DNA of 64,000 nucleotides from Heptranchias perlo (Eukaryota), in contig NC_090370.1 of the NCBI RefSeq assembly GCF_035084215.1, positions 6,820,001-6,884,000 of the forward strand, given 5' to 3'. The notes beneath the pieces are model-generated. The model made no database searches, was not told where the DNA came from, and was given only the letters and a program-made list of their open reading frames with translations. Both the position numbers and the translations under genes were made by a program. Below are positions 27,701-42,515 of the stretch, piece after piece; position 1 is the stretch's first letter; the number at the start of each line of letters is the position of its first letter.

Positions 27701-30399
27701 AATGAAATCAGAAAATTGGAGTTAGAACTCACATGGCTAACAAAATGGTGGAATGGTTCATTGGGCAGAATAGCTTACTCCTGTTTCTATATATGTTCCT
27801 AGGTGCAAATCCCAGATAAGGGAAGAATCAGACTTCAGGGAGCTGACTTTCCAACACTTCAGGCTCACATGGAGAGCAGCGGTTTGATAAGGTAGGCCCT
27901 AAGCCATTGCTAGCTATGGAACTAAACCAGAACCTGAGGTAAAAAATCACCTTTAACCTTTCATTGAGTTTGAAAAATATTGGTTTCATTTATGAAAATA
28001 TTTTAAACTAGTCAAATACGTCAATTGTGCATCATTTTAAATGCCTGACTCTGATTTGTTTTTGTCCTCCAAAAATTTGTTCCATGGGTGCTGGTGGCTC
28101 TCTGGTACCTTGGCCAAGTGCCCATTCTTAATGTGTGACACCAGACAGTGAATATTAGGCTTTTCAACATGCACCTACCATAAAGGTTTTCCATGAGATC
28201 ACACTTGATTCTGGTATAGGTTAGTTGATTGACATCCTGCTCTATACTGTGCATCATAGCTCTCAAGTCATGTGATGCTAGGTTGCCTGGAATGGAAAAT
28301 TTAGGCTGAAGTAATATTAATTATGGATTGGTGGAATTTTTGAGACCATTGCCCAAATGTTCTGCTCTTGTGATTTACAGAAATGAGTCTGTGCTATCGG
28401 TTTGTAACTCAGTAAAGACTTCAAGGGTTGGTTCTAGCCACATTTCACACTCTATTCTCAAGGGCCAGCTAATGCATTACAGCTCAACCCAGTGTGTATT
28501 CCATGGGTACTGGCAGTTTTTGGTACCTCAACGCAAGTGGCCTCTCTTCATGTGTGAGCAGGTTATTTGACTGTGGACCGGGGCGGGGGGGGAAGCGTCA
28601 TAGCGAAGCCTAATCCTGTCCTCCACATGTGGACACTTTCCAGTATAACTCACTGCACAGCAACCAGGAGCAGACTGTTTTCTCTCCCTTTTAACCCAGG
28701 CCAGTTATAGCGCCTATATTGCCTGCCACCCTGGCTGAGATCAGCTAACTCAGTACAGACCAGGTACTGACATTCATTGACAGAGTTTACATGTTAAGAA
28801 TGACCACCTGGCTGAGGTACCAGGTGCACATGGAACCATATCCTTGCAACAGTGAGTCAGTGCTCTTGATCAGTTTACAGAAATGTCTGCTTAGTTCTCC
28901 CAAATGGTGCATTTATCTCCTGACCCACTGGTTGGATGTTTCCTTCCTAATGTGCTCTCAGTGCAGAGGGATCTATTAAGTTTTGCTAATTTTCAAAGCA
29001 GGGCTGGGGTCACCGCTTAGGAATAGTTTTCCCTTTTAAAAAAAAATTGTACTGATTGTATTTGATTGTTACACAAGAATCTTTAAAGTTAGACTTAAAA
29101 TAATCTAGCAGTAGACCATGATGACATGTAGTGTTGCAAACATACATTTCATGAAACCTTAATTTTTGTTCAACATAATTAATTATGCATCTTCAAATGT
29201 TTACAATCATTAATTATAAGCTTACATATAGTTTTTCTCCACAAACTGTTTGCTGGTATGTTAGTAAATTATACCAACAGTAAAATCTATCTAGAGGAGG
29301 ATGCTCTTTCCCTTGTCTGAAGTTCAGCACACATTCAGCATTTGCCACAGAATAGCTGTTAAAGCTGTCTGAAATAAATGAGTGGATCTAAGGCAACATG
29401 TTTTCACCCCTGAAATTAATGTGACTGTAAAAAGTGGTTCCCTAAAACATTTCCTTTCCCCCCCTTCCTGAAAACATTAGCCCCTTGCTCTAGGATCGTG
29501 GGCACCCTCCAATTCCTCAAAGAAGTGGGTGATATAACCACTGATATTGGGGGGGGGGGGGGGGGGGGAGGAAATAGGCCATTGCAGCAAAGGCCGATCT
29601 TGTCCTTACAAGACATCCACACTGCCCTCAGGTTACTGGACAGAGTGCAGGTGTGAGAACACGACTATTTTCTCACTCCCTACCTAAGGACGCTGATGTA
29701 AATTGTAGCATCCCTGCTCTGTACTGGCTGTGATCAGCTTATCGAACCTTTTTAAAAAAAACTCTCAGTATCAGTTATTGTGGAACCAGACTAGTCTCTA
29801 AATTGAGGGAATTTTTAAATGTAAGGTCAAGCTGCAAATGTGATGTACTTGTCACTAAATAACCCCTAGGCACAAAAATGTTCCCATGTATAGGGTTTCT
29901 ATCTATTTCCAAGTTTATCAGCCAATCTGCTGTAATATTAGCTCCCCTTATCAGTGGTGCTAGTCCATTTTTTGGTGTGATGGGAATATGGCAACATGTA
30001 TATAAAAATTCATATTACAATCCACTTGCCTTACATCAACCTAGTATTACTGCATTAGGATGTAGCTGATGAAGTGAAACAGATTCAAGTATCTAGGGCA
30101 TTCTTAAGTATTTGTAACATAATTTTAAATACCTAAAATACAAGGGTTGATTTAAAGTTCCTTTTCACCTTTAAAAATGAATGGTATGGATTGACTTCAC
30201 ATGGTATTTTGGAACTTCAATGTATTTAAGTATAAATGTTTGTAGTTGCACTACTCTCAAGTCCCATTTAGTACTGAAAACTCCAGCTTTTGCTGTGCCC
30301 TATTACCTAATGGGTTCTAGTGGAAGAGGAGAGCAGTTTACAAGTTTGATCTATTAAAAAATGTTAGCATGCAAGAGGCAGATAAAGACAGGGATCTTA

Positions 30400-30405
30400 T
30401 TTATT
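30400..30405 (-). terminator. Polyadenylation signal of tubulin gene 2
   Basis: AATAAA on the minus strand about 520 nt after the stop codon. Confidence 0.55.
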
Positions 30406-30925
30406 GAGAAACCAATAAAGACAGAACATGTGAGTTAGATTTGCAACACAAGTTTGCTTTTGCAATGCTGCACAGCAATCTCTAATTTAGATGTACATTG
30501 CTACAGTTTATGATTGGTATGTGAGCAAAACATTCAATCACACCTTCTTTAAATAATGAAAAGACTAGCTATCCAATTCTCATCCAAAGCCAGTTGAGGT
30601 CAATTGAGGCTGTTTGGCATAATGACACAAAATATAGTGTAGCATGAGAAGAAATGCAACCTTGGGTAGTGAAGAAAAGTTGTATAAACAGCAGAGCATT
30701 TGCTTTTTTAAATAAATATGGAATGCAAACATCATTTAAGGTGTGATTGAACAATAATGGACATGAATCATGCAGCAGTTTGTAACTGATGATTCGCAAA
30801 TTGAAGGACCCCACTTCAAGTTGGTCAATCTTCAGTTACAATTAATTATGTTTAACTCACAATGTTTTATACTTTTATCTTGGTTCCCTGTTACAGCAGC
30901 ACCATATTTTGACATGGAAAACATT

Positions 30926-32184
<1,259 letters not shown>

Positions 32185-32394
32185 TCAGTTACTCAGCTAT
32201 GGATTATCAAACAGGTAGGAAAAAGAATATTGGTGTGATTTGTGATAAGCAAAAATGGCAGATTGAAAACCTATTTAAATACAAGGAGCTATGTTTAGTT
32301 TTTCAGATAGCTCAAAATAAGTTATGCTTGCAAACCAAAAAAGAGTGGTCACTCCAAATATCCAATAAACAGCAATGAAATAAATGAGTAGTCA

Positions 32395-32667
<273 letters not shown>

Positions 32668-35021
32668 TCATCTAATATTTCTGTATTCATGCTCATCCCA
32701 AGCACCAGCTTTAGGGAGGTCAACTGCTCCCCCAATGAGGGTGCAAACGTACCCCCCTGAATCGGCTGCAAATCCATCATCCGATAGTTGTCCTAGGCTT
32801 CTTACCGACTACCTGATGTAGCAGATCTGACTCATACAATCGAATGTCCAGCGGAGGAGGAGGGGGGGGGAACGGGACGTGAAGGGCAGGGCTTTAGGGT
32901 ACATTTAGTTAGTATGAAGCAGCTGTACTTGTGCTGGACTCACTCGTAGGTCACTATGGTAGAATTTGGTCAGAGGTGGTGCTGCTATCATTTTGGTTGT
33001 GTGTGCAGAGGTGGTGAATTGGAAATTGATGTTCAAGCCCCACATCTAACAGAAGGTATCAGTGTGTGTGGTAGGAATGGGACTCAAAACATGTCTGAAG
33101 TTGGTACAAAGAAGAAGCAGACACAGACAGCCTGAGATTGAGTAGATATTAATGAGAGTAGATATTAATGTGAGCAGAAACAGGATTAAATTTGGTAACT
33201 CAGGTTTGCAGCCGATACAGAAATTGGACTCATCACCCAGCAGTTCACCAAGTTTAATAGTGCCTCCTCAATACTCCACCAATGTTACACAAGAGGATTA
33301 CATCTATCAATTCGGCAATAAAATGTAATTACTATTACTAATGGTATTCTACCATCTTAATGTGCATTTTGCTATAGTTCCTGTTTGTATTAAATACATG
33401 AACTGCCTTTTAGCAATGGTTGCCATTTCACAAAGTAATTCAAATCTCATTTTAATCCTTAAGTGATACCCTAGTTTGTGCCTGAATATACATTTTGAAG
33501 GTGCAAATCAGTCGACATTGCTGAGAAAATCGTTTAAATGAAGCATAGGAATAACGGTTTTACAACCCAACATTTTTTATAAGGTACGAGGATGAGAAAA
33601 GGATTTTGGTCCCGCCTGTAAAATGTAGTTCATCTCTAGAATTTGGTTGCTCAGCAAACCTAGAGCTGCTTCTTGCGATTACAATTGCTCTTATTCTGAG
33701 AAACCATATCCGCTGGGCTGAACACGGCCCATGCGTGCAATTCTTTGGGTTCAGTGCTGCAATATTGATGAGCTGCTGAAAGTCTGAGGCTGAATTTGGG
33801 TGGGGTCACACTGCAGTGCGGATTGCCTCCACCTACCGTTCTTAATCCCTCCCTTCCCCCCCAAAAAACCTTCAGATAATAGAATGTATCCCATTGTTTT
33901 GCCAGATGCCAAAAGGTCAGGTTGAAATCTTTTCTCCAAGCTTCCAGATTTTTCAAATAGGACCTTTTAATCCAGTAACCAATACGGACTCCAAATTTGA
34001 ATCGTCTGTACTTCGAATCCTCAGCATAGCGCCAAATTGAGATACAATACACTGTATAATTCTTAGTGATCTCGTTTGACGTTGGCTTTGTGCCCGACGC
34101 ATAACCATACTGACGTAATGCCGTTAGTAATCAGACCCGCAGTGATTTCGCCAGGCAAACAGGTCTGAAATTATCTAGCTTGCAGGTCGATAAACCATAG
34201 TACAGGAAAATGTGAAGTGTCTGGAAATGTTACAGTTGCCCGACAAAACAAAGTGATTTGAAGGGGAGGATTGATAAATTCAGCTCATATCCTCTGGTCA
34301 TTACCATACACTCAGCCACTCCCTATTGTATTAAAAATTAAACTCACATTTCAGAATTTCCATCTTAAAAGTATCATTTCAGATATATATCTAGCGATTA
34401 GCTAGCGAAAAGCCTGAACAACATTGATCTTTCTTGGCCAAATCTAATAAATTCGCTATTAAGTTTGGGTCAAATTTACTTCCAGATATTATATACTTGC
34501 AGAAGCCAAATGAAAAAAAAGTGACTTTCTTAAACACATTTAAGTTTGTTTTATCTTACTAGGAAGTGATTGTTTCGACGGAAAATTAGTGCTGTATGTG
34601 AATCGCATAAATGTTTACTGTACCTTCCCCCTTGTTATTTTGGTCTTAATACTTATTTCCCATTGGAACTAAATCATTCATAGATAACTTAGTTTATTAC
34701 ATAGAATTTACAGCACAGAAACTAGCCGTTCGGCCCAACTGGTCTATGCTCCACACGAGCCTTCTCCCACCCGACTTCAACTCACCCTATCAGCATATCC
34801 TTCTATTCCTTTCTCCCTCATGTACTTATCTAGCTGCCCCTTTATGTTTTAAGAGATTAATTTGCATAGTGTAATTCAAAGATTAAATCAACCAATTCTA
34901 CTTAAAAACATAACTAGGATGCTTAAAAATTAGGACAAAAGTCTTACAATCCAATACAAAATTTAAATTGAAATGTGTAGCTTGCTGGGAAAACCCATTT
35001 TTGCATTAAACAGCATCTTAC

Positions 35022-35024
35022 CAT
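35022..35024 (-). CDS. TUBA1A: Tubulin alpha gene 2, exon 1 coding part (ATG only)
   Basis: GGCATCATG|GTAAGA, about 130 nt downstream of a TATA box in a CpG-richer region. Confidence 0.83.
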
Positions 35025-35149
35025 GATGCCTGGTCCCTGGTAGTAGACAAAGCAAATGGAATAAAGAGAAGGCTTGAGAGACTTCTTCCTACAGCGCGAC
35101 TTTTACGGGTCGTCGTAAGAAAGAACCTACAATTCAGACGGTAGGGTGA

Positions 35150-35300
35150 TGTTCTTATACTAGGGCCAGACACCGGGACCTGGGCAGCGGTCCTGCTCTT
35201 ATTGGAGGAGGTGAGTCTGAGTGACGGGGAACCATCATCTCTGGTAGGAGGATACGTCCTCCGTTACTGCGAGACAAGGTGTCTCGCGAGTCTTGATTCG
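35150..35300 (-). promoter_or_regulatory. Tubulin gene 2 core promoter
   Basis: TATAAG at 35159-35154; CCAAT at 35205-35201; CRE half-site TGACG near 35222; palindrome TCTCGCGAG near 35282. Confidence 0.65.
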
Positions 35301-37919
35301 ACAGACGCTCCAGAATAAGCTAATCGTCTTGAGCACTTGTGCTTTTTAACAAAGGCTGGCATTTGATAAAACACCATAAAATTGGGAGAACGGAAATAAT
35401 GTAAGATTAGGATTTTTGAAATATAAAACATTCTAACAATTATTTAAACCACTCTCCCAAAACGGCAAATGGTCAAAATATAATCTAACCTTGTAAACAG
35501 AAATTCAGTGCAAATATCCTTTACTGGATACTGGAAAACGTATCGAACTGCTCATTAGATGAAGGAAACGATTGAAGAAATTATATCAATTTACAAATAA
35601 ATAATTTTCTGACTATTCTCTTCCCTTAAAACATTAAGATGGTCGCCCTTAATAAAGTCACGTTTCCATTTCTTTAACAAAAGGAATTTTCCCTCCCCAA
35701 CGAATTCTTTTAGACAATATAAATCATGGTTAAGGATAAATCACTTAATACCAGCCTTGCACTACTCGAATCTGAATTTTAAAACGTGGTCTTTTAATTT
35801 ATAGGTTAGTAGAAAGTGCGAAATGAATACGGTGATCTGTAATGTTTGCTACAGTGGCTCTTTGTTTCAATTGTAACGAGGTGAGGCTTAATTGTCCTTG
35901 CTCTCATTGTAGCAAGAAACGTTCTGCATGTTGCAGTTCATCCTTTGGTAGATCCCGCGCCCTCTAATGCTAAACGGCGTCTGCCACACCCTAACCTTCC
36001 CAGCAAATATTGCCGTCAGTGGGAGAAATAAAATGCATTCCTTAGTAATGCAATTTTTTGGTCAGTATTGTTTCATGTTCCAAGACTGACGGGGAGCGGG
36101 ATTTTTTTCATGTTTGAAAGGCAGTCTTTTATGCTGTAGGTATATCAATGCAGCGCTAGTTTAATTTGTAGTGACTTTAAAGAAGCTACCTAATTCTAAT
36201 TTTGTCAAGTTGTATAGAAAGGTTATTTTAGCACAATTTCCCAGTAATCCTGCACAATTATTTAAACCGTTTTTATTTCAGGTGATCTTTACCATTAGAC
36301 TGTGCAAAGGTATCCCATTTTAACAATTCAACAAGGAAACAAAAGCACTGCAAACAATATGGTTAAGCATGGGAACGTACAGTTTCTCTGCTGGTACGTG
36401 AAGCTGATTACAGCACTAGACAATAGCCAGGTGTAAGCTTTTATCGTTTCTATCAGATGGTGCATAGATTGGACAGGAGTGTTACAAAATATCGAAGGTT
36501 TCAGATTAGACTGTATTCTAAACAGCAGCAATGAAGGTAGATCGATTTGTTAATGTCACCTGAACACAAAGATGTGCCTGCCTTGAATAAAAGTCCAACT
36601 TCTGTTCCTTATAGGCAAAGAATAATTTCTTAACATTAAAAAAAATGCACGAGTGGGGAGTTATTGTTAGCTCCTATGAAAGTTTATCCATTTCAAAAGG
36701 ATGGCTTGCTCTTGTGTACCATGTGATTTATACTGCAGTGACATTGTACCATGTGACTCATACTGCAGTGAATTTTTTTCCTTCAGATTTTCTTCCTTTA
36801 CCACTCCTCTCCTACGGGTGAGAACTCCAGGTATAATGTGGCCATTTGGTACTTCACCCAAGTAACCATTCTTCAAAAATGAGCCCAGACAGTGAGTAAC
36901 CGAGATACACTCCGCCGTGACAGTTTACACACCGGATTAGGATAATTTTTAGCAATTCTCAAGATGGGGATTTCCTCTTGGATAGTCTTTATTTTATTTT
37001 ACATGACAGTGACTTGTTTTCCAAAAAATATGTACAGTATTTGGTCGTTCAAAGTATTCCTATCCAACCGGAACCAGTGACAATATTAGATTAATACAAT
37101 AATTTCAAAGTCATTTTAATCTATTTCCAAGAGAGAGCATAACTTTGTAATAATTATAAGCATCTGCACTAGCATGACACTAATGCCTAATAGTGATTGA
37201 TTGCACCTTGCCTTATTTGTTTTTGTGTTTGGCTATGCAAATCTGGTCGCGAAAATGTAGATTTGCGTTGATTTCTAGTCCACCTGTACACTATTTCTTG
37301 CAGGTTTGTAGCTGAGTAACAGGAAAGAATATCCACTCAAAACACTGGGGCAAATTAATTTGTTTGTCTCCTTTTGGTCTCTTCTCTTAAAGATCCTTGC
37401 TAGGGCACAGTACCACAGGCACCAACAGAGTTCATCAGAGGACCATTCTTCAGTTGTCACGGTGAAGGGTGGGGGAACAAAACAGCCTGATCTGGTGCTC
37501 TCTCACTGTCCACATGTGTACCTCCAGCAAGAGTTGCTGCATAGTGATTTTCATATATGGAGTGGGAACCTTAGTTGATTTTCCCTTACCTAGCTCAAGG
37601 GTACTGAAGCCAATTTGAGCACCTACCCTCCAACTGAGATCAGCTAACTCATTACAAGTGGTTCCATTTCAACATATGTTGGGCTCCTGTGATGTATACT
37701 GCAGTTTGATTTGACAGAATTCTCTAGATAAATAGCATGCTCTGTACATATTGTACTGTAATAATGGTCTACTGAATGGGAAAATGACCAGATATTGGAT
37801 ATACCGTAAAATCTGCTCATTATAGGTTTAAAACAATGTAGAGAACAATAGATATTAGGGTAAATTATAAGGCTATATTTTAACAGTTCAGATGACATAT
37901 ACGTGCCAGAACAGAGCTT

Positions 37920-38320
37920 AACAACAACTTTCATTTGTATAGCGCCTTTAACTTAGTAAAACATCCCAAATTGACACCGAGCCAAAGAGGAGACATTAAG
38001 ACAGGTGGCCAAAAGCTTGGTCAAAGAGGTAGGTTTTAAGGAGCGTCTTAAAGCAGGAGAGACAGCATGAAAGGTGGAGAGGTTTAAGGAGGGAATTCCA
38101 GAGCTTAGGGCCTAGACAGCTGAAGGCACGGCCACCATTGGTGCGGCGAAGATAGTGGAGGATGCACAAGAGGCCAGAGTTGGAGGAACGCAAAGTTCTC
38201 GGAGGGTTGTGGGGCTGGAGGAAGTTACAGTGATAGGGAGGGGTGAGGGCCATGGAGGGATTTGAACACAAGGATGAGAATTTTAAAACGGTGGCATTGG
38301 TGGACCAGGAGCCAGTGTAG
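37920..38320 (-). mobile_element. L2 3' end
   Basis: PPRTLRSSNSGLL...GGRAFSCLGPKLWNSL...KTYLFDQAF. Confidence 0.85.
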
Positions 38321-39354
38321 GGGAAATGATATACAACCAGTCTCTGATCCCTGAAATTAGATTACAACCTTGAAATCACTTCTGGGCACCCAAAACTCTG
38401 CTGCCCGTACCCTAATTCGCATCAAGTCCCATTCACCCATCACCCCTGTGCTTGTTTTCCTTTGTTTCATTCTAGATGGTGAGTGTTGGTAGGCTGTTCA
38501 ACCATAGGTGGCATCACAGCCAAATCTGATGATATGCTCATCTGATATCCATGTGCGCTTTCCCAGCAGGAGTCACTGGAGCAGAAACCATGATTGATTT
38601 TCCGTAGCTTGGAGACACTGAAGTGCCCCTACTGCTGCCCAGATAACCCTGGTTTGTACTTTCTGGCTGACAATGGATGGTGCATTTATCCACTGGCCTA
38701 TTGGGGGAGCCCTGTCCTTCTTCAAAACTGTATATTTTACTGCAGTAATCTGTTCACCAATGCTATTGATTCTGCATGAGTCGGTACCGATCAATGGTTG
38801 CTGACTCTGAATTTATGGAATTGACATATAGGTAATTGGAAATGTGAATCATGTCTAGAATGATTTTTGTCAGTAGTTTTTGATGGATAATAGAAGGGAA
38901 ACTTTTCCTTTTTAATATTAGATTGGTGCTAAAATAAAACAAAGGACAAGCAATTAAATTATTTTCCAGAATGCCTTTGTTCGCTGGTTATTTCAGAGCA
39001 CATCAGGCATGCCAGTGTCAGTAATCCCAATGCACCTCGCCTCTCACAGATTGCATGTTGGAAAGCTAATTAGAGTGGACGGTCGATTCTTCAATCCTGT
39101 TGCTAGGAGATGAATGGCTCTGTTGCCATGGAGACCGTCTTGGATCTCTGGTGGGTTGTAAGCTTCCTTTATCACATTGGAGCACGTGACCGCTGTCACA
39201 TCCATAAAATTGCAATTCAATTTCTAGGTCGTTGTAGCCACTTCCAGTATTCAATGTCCCTGTATAATTGTGCAATGTCTTCCAGCTTTCAGTGAGATGT
39301 TAAAATGAAACTCTCAGAATCTGATTGCATCAGCTTGGCTTGGTTAGTAAGAAA

Positions 39355-39830
39355 GACAGACTTGCATTTATATACTGCCTTTCACAACCTCAGGACGCCA
39401 CAAAGCGCTTTACAACCAATGAAGACTTTGAAGTGTAGTCACTGTTGTAATGTAGGAAATGCAGCAGCCAATTTGCGCACAGCAACATCCCACAAACAGC
39501 AATGTGATAATGACCCAAATAATCTGTTTTTAGTGATGTTGGTTGAGGGATGAATATTGGCCAGGACACCGGGGAGAACTCCCCTGCTCTCCTTCGAAAT
39601 AGTGCCATGGGATCTTTTACGTCAACTTGACAGGGCAGGCGGGGCCTCGGTTCACCGGCTTATCCGAAAGATGGCACCTCCGACAATGCAGCACTCCCTC
39701 AGTGCTGTGCTGAAGTGTCAGCCTATATTTTGTGCTCAAGTCTCTAGAGTGGGACTTGAACCTTTGACCTTCTGACTCAGTGGCAAAAGCGGTGTTAACC
39801 GTGGCTCAGTGGGTCGCACTCTTGCTACAG
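39355..39830 (-). mobile_element. Deu-domain SINE
   Basis: Reverse complement of the 22083-22510 family. Confidence 0.8.
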
Positions 39831-40899
39831 TTTGCATCTGCTGTGCTAAACTATGATATAAATAATATTCTTATGTAGCAACTCCTTTCTTTTTCTCACT
39901 GTCTATGGAAGCTTACTGGGCTGAATAATTCTCTTCAGAAGGACTCTCCAACTTGAAGATTTCCCACCTATTGCGGAACCCACCCGATTTTCATCCCATT
40001 GAAATCAATAAGATGAAGACTTGGCAGGTTCTACAATGGTTGGGAAATCCACTCCACCAGATTACTGCCCACAGGCGATGAAGGTTAAAATTACCCCCAG
40101 GCTGATAAATACCTTCAAAAAATGTCTGGAACCAAATTAATCTAAAAAATTGTTGTATTTTTTCTCTAAAAATGCTGTCAATTAAACACATATTTGAACA
40201 AATCAAGGTGTTAGTATTTAAATCGAATGGCTTGGCCCTCCTTTAGACAGCTGTCTCAATCAAACCATCAAGTTAAAGGTGGGATATGATTTATGTGAGT
40301 GAAGCTGGTTTTTAACTCCTTCTGTATCGTTACAGAGTTAAAGAAGCCAATACCACATTTTTGTCACAGGGTGTAAATAAATAACTAAAGCTCCCTGATG
40401 GCCTTGTTGGTAAATGTGCCACCTCGTGTAGTACTGCACCATATGTCATTGATCATGGATCCTGGGAGGGGAAATAAAACAAGCCAGTTGCTGGAAACTG
40501 CATTTGTAAAGACAGAACCAGACTCCGTTGTGATGCCTAAAAGCTGCAGTCTTAGGTTTCATAGACACACAGAACAGCAGTTGGTGAGTGTAGGTCTTGT
40601 GAATAGGAACTGTACCAACTAAATGTACCAGGGATAAATAGAACAGTAAAAAGGGTTTTAAACATTTTTATCCACCAAACACAAAATGCAAGTACATAGG
40701 AAAAAGTCAATATCAAGCAAGAACGACTCAAAAAGCAATAAATGCATCAGGGTTTAACTACACAATTAATTGACTGGAACATGGTTAAAAAGACCAGTAT
40801 ATGCAAACGTTACTTTGTATTTTTGTTATTAGATCTGTTCCCAACTCATTGATCTGTTAAACAAAAATGAGTTGCTTTAAAAATTCTCCCCTTCCAGTT

Positions 40900-41295
40900 T
40901 TCTCCCCTCTTCTCTTGAAGGTGCTGATTTGTGTTGGAGTACAGTTCCACCTCATTAAAATGGTCATTATTCGTGATTCAGGGATGTGCATAGGCAGTGA
41001 GCATCAGCAGGCCATTTTACTGTGAGGAGATTCACAGCTGAGCTTGTTTCTGTCCTCAGCTAACATCCACACATGTATACTTCTCACCGGTGGTTACTTG
41101 ATAGTGAACAGGAGCATGATTGATTTTTTTCCCCCTCCCTGGTCTGGGGTGCTGTAGCCATTTGTAGCACCCTAATTGCCCCTCTGGCTGAGAGAGCTAA
41201 CTTAGCACTGACTGGGGATCAAACCTGGGATATTCCTGGTCTGGTGTTGTTAAATCCCACACTGAACAGTAAAATTACCAATTGACTCATAAGGG
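40900..41295 (-). mobile_element. SINE-like family B copy
   Basis: Reverse complement of the family B motifs. Confidence 0.65.
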
Positions 41296-42249
41296 AAGTT
41301 TAACATTAATTAAAAAGCAGACTAACTACAAAGGTTTTCAGGTAGATTTTAAGCTTAAATGAATGCTGTCAGCACAGGCTGTAATATTTATGCAGCCAAA
41401 ATTGAAATTCTAAAATCAATGCTTGAATACACCAGGGGGTTACAGCTCTGCTATTGATTTCACATGGATCTGCTGATAACCAAAAGATGTTCGCTCTTCA
41501 GAATGTTGCTGACTATAGAACCGTTTCACCTGCCACCCAAGCACCATCCACCTCAGTCTCTTGTACGACTAAAACATTCGTACCTCCCATACTGATAATA
41601 GGCACAGCTCATACCCTGAACTGTTCATGAATTAATCGAGGACTGTAATTCCAATATGCTGATGTATCATTTTGGGACTGGTCTGTGCGCCTGCAGCTGT
41701 TCCATTAACTGCATTGGTTGTTGCAGTCCACAGGCCCTCTTTGTTTTTTTTGTGTCATTTCCAAAGCAAATCCCTGCAAAGTCAATGTCCCATAAAATTA
41801 TTAAGTATATGCATGTGCACCATGGTAAATCACAGCAGATTAGTCTGAATATTCAGTTATCATGAACCATAAAATCTAAGTAACCAAAATAAATCAACTC
41901 TGCCCAAAACTCCCTTACTGTCTTGTGCACTCTCGGATTCCGATATTTAACAGTTAATTAAATCTGATCAGGTATGTTCAGATGGCTGTCCCACTTCAAT
42001 TGGTACCAGTAGCCTTATTAAAGTACTTCACAGAATGTGATGGTTTTTGTATTGCTCGGGCTAGGGGAGGAGGAGATGTAGAGTGCACCAGGACAGGATT
42101 GATGTGAAGATGGATGATTATTCAGGTCAGTTACATTAGGGGATCGGGGAATAATTATGCAGAATTTTCCCTCGGGTGATTACGTGGCTGGGGGGAGGGG
42201 TACAGTGCACAATGGGCTTGATATTGAGGCAATCTGCACCAGAAAGACA

Positions 42250-42515
42250 AGCACCTGGATGGATCCCAGAGGATCGGGGTACCCTCTACAGCTGTAGCTG
42301 ATGGCACCTCTGAGGTTTCCTAGTACACCAGCTGAGTACTGGTACAATGAGGTCCACAATTCCACCAGAATCATCACCGAGCAGACAATAGGCACTCTGA
42401 GGGTACACTTCAGGAGTCTGGATTGATTGGGGTAGCACTGCAGTATAATCCAGCCAGGGTTCTTGATAATTATGCTGGTGTGCTGTACATTGCACATCTG
42501 TGCCTTGCAATGAAG
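42250..42515 (+). pseudogene. PIF/Harbinger (DDE_Tnp_4, HARBI1-like) transposase C-terminal fossil
   Basis: Manual translation across frameshifts gives GYPLQL*LMAPLRFPSTPAEYWYNEVHNSTRIITEQTIGTLRVHFRSLD...LQYNPARV..IMLVCCTLH, matching the Harbinger pattern GYP..WLMTP...YN..H..TR..IE..IG.LK.RFRCL...LQY.P...ACC.LHN. Confidence 0.8.

Noticed and set aside
36714-36772. ~30-bp tandem duplication, and smaller ones at ~10599-10635 and ~33140-33170
   Set aside because: Ordinary slippage duplications with no array or spacer structure; not CRISPR-like.
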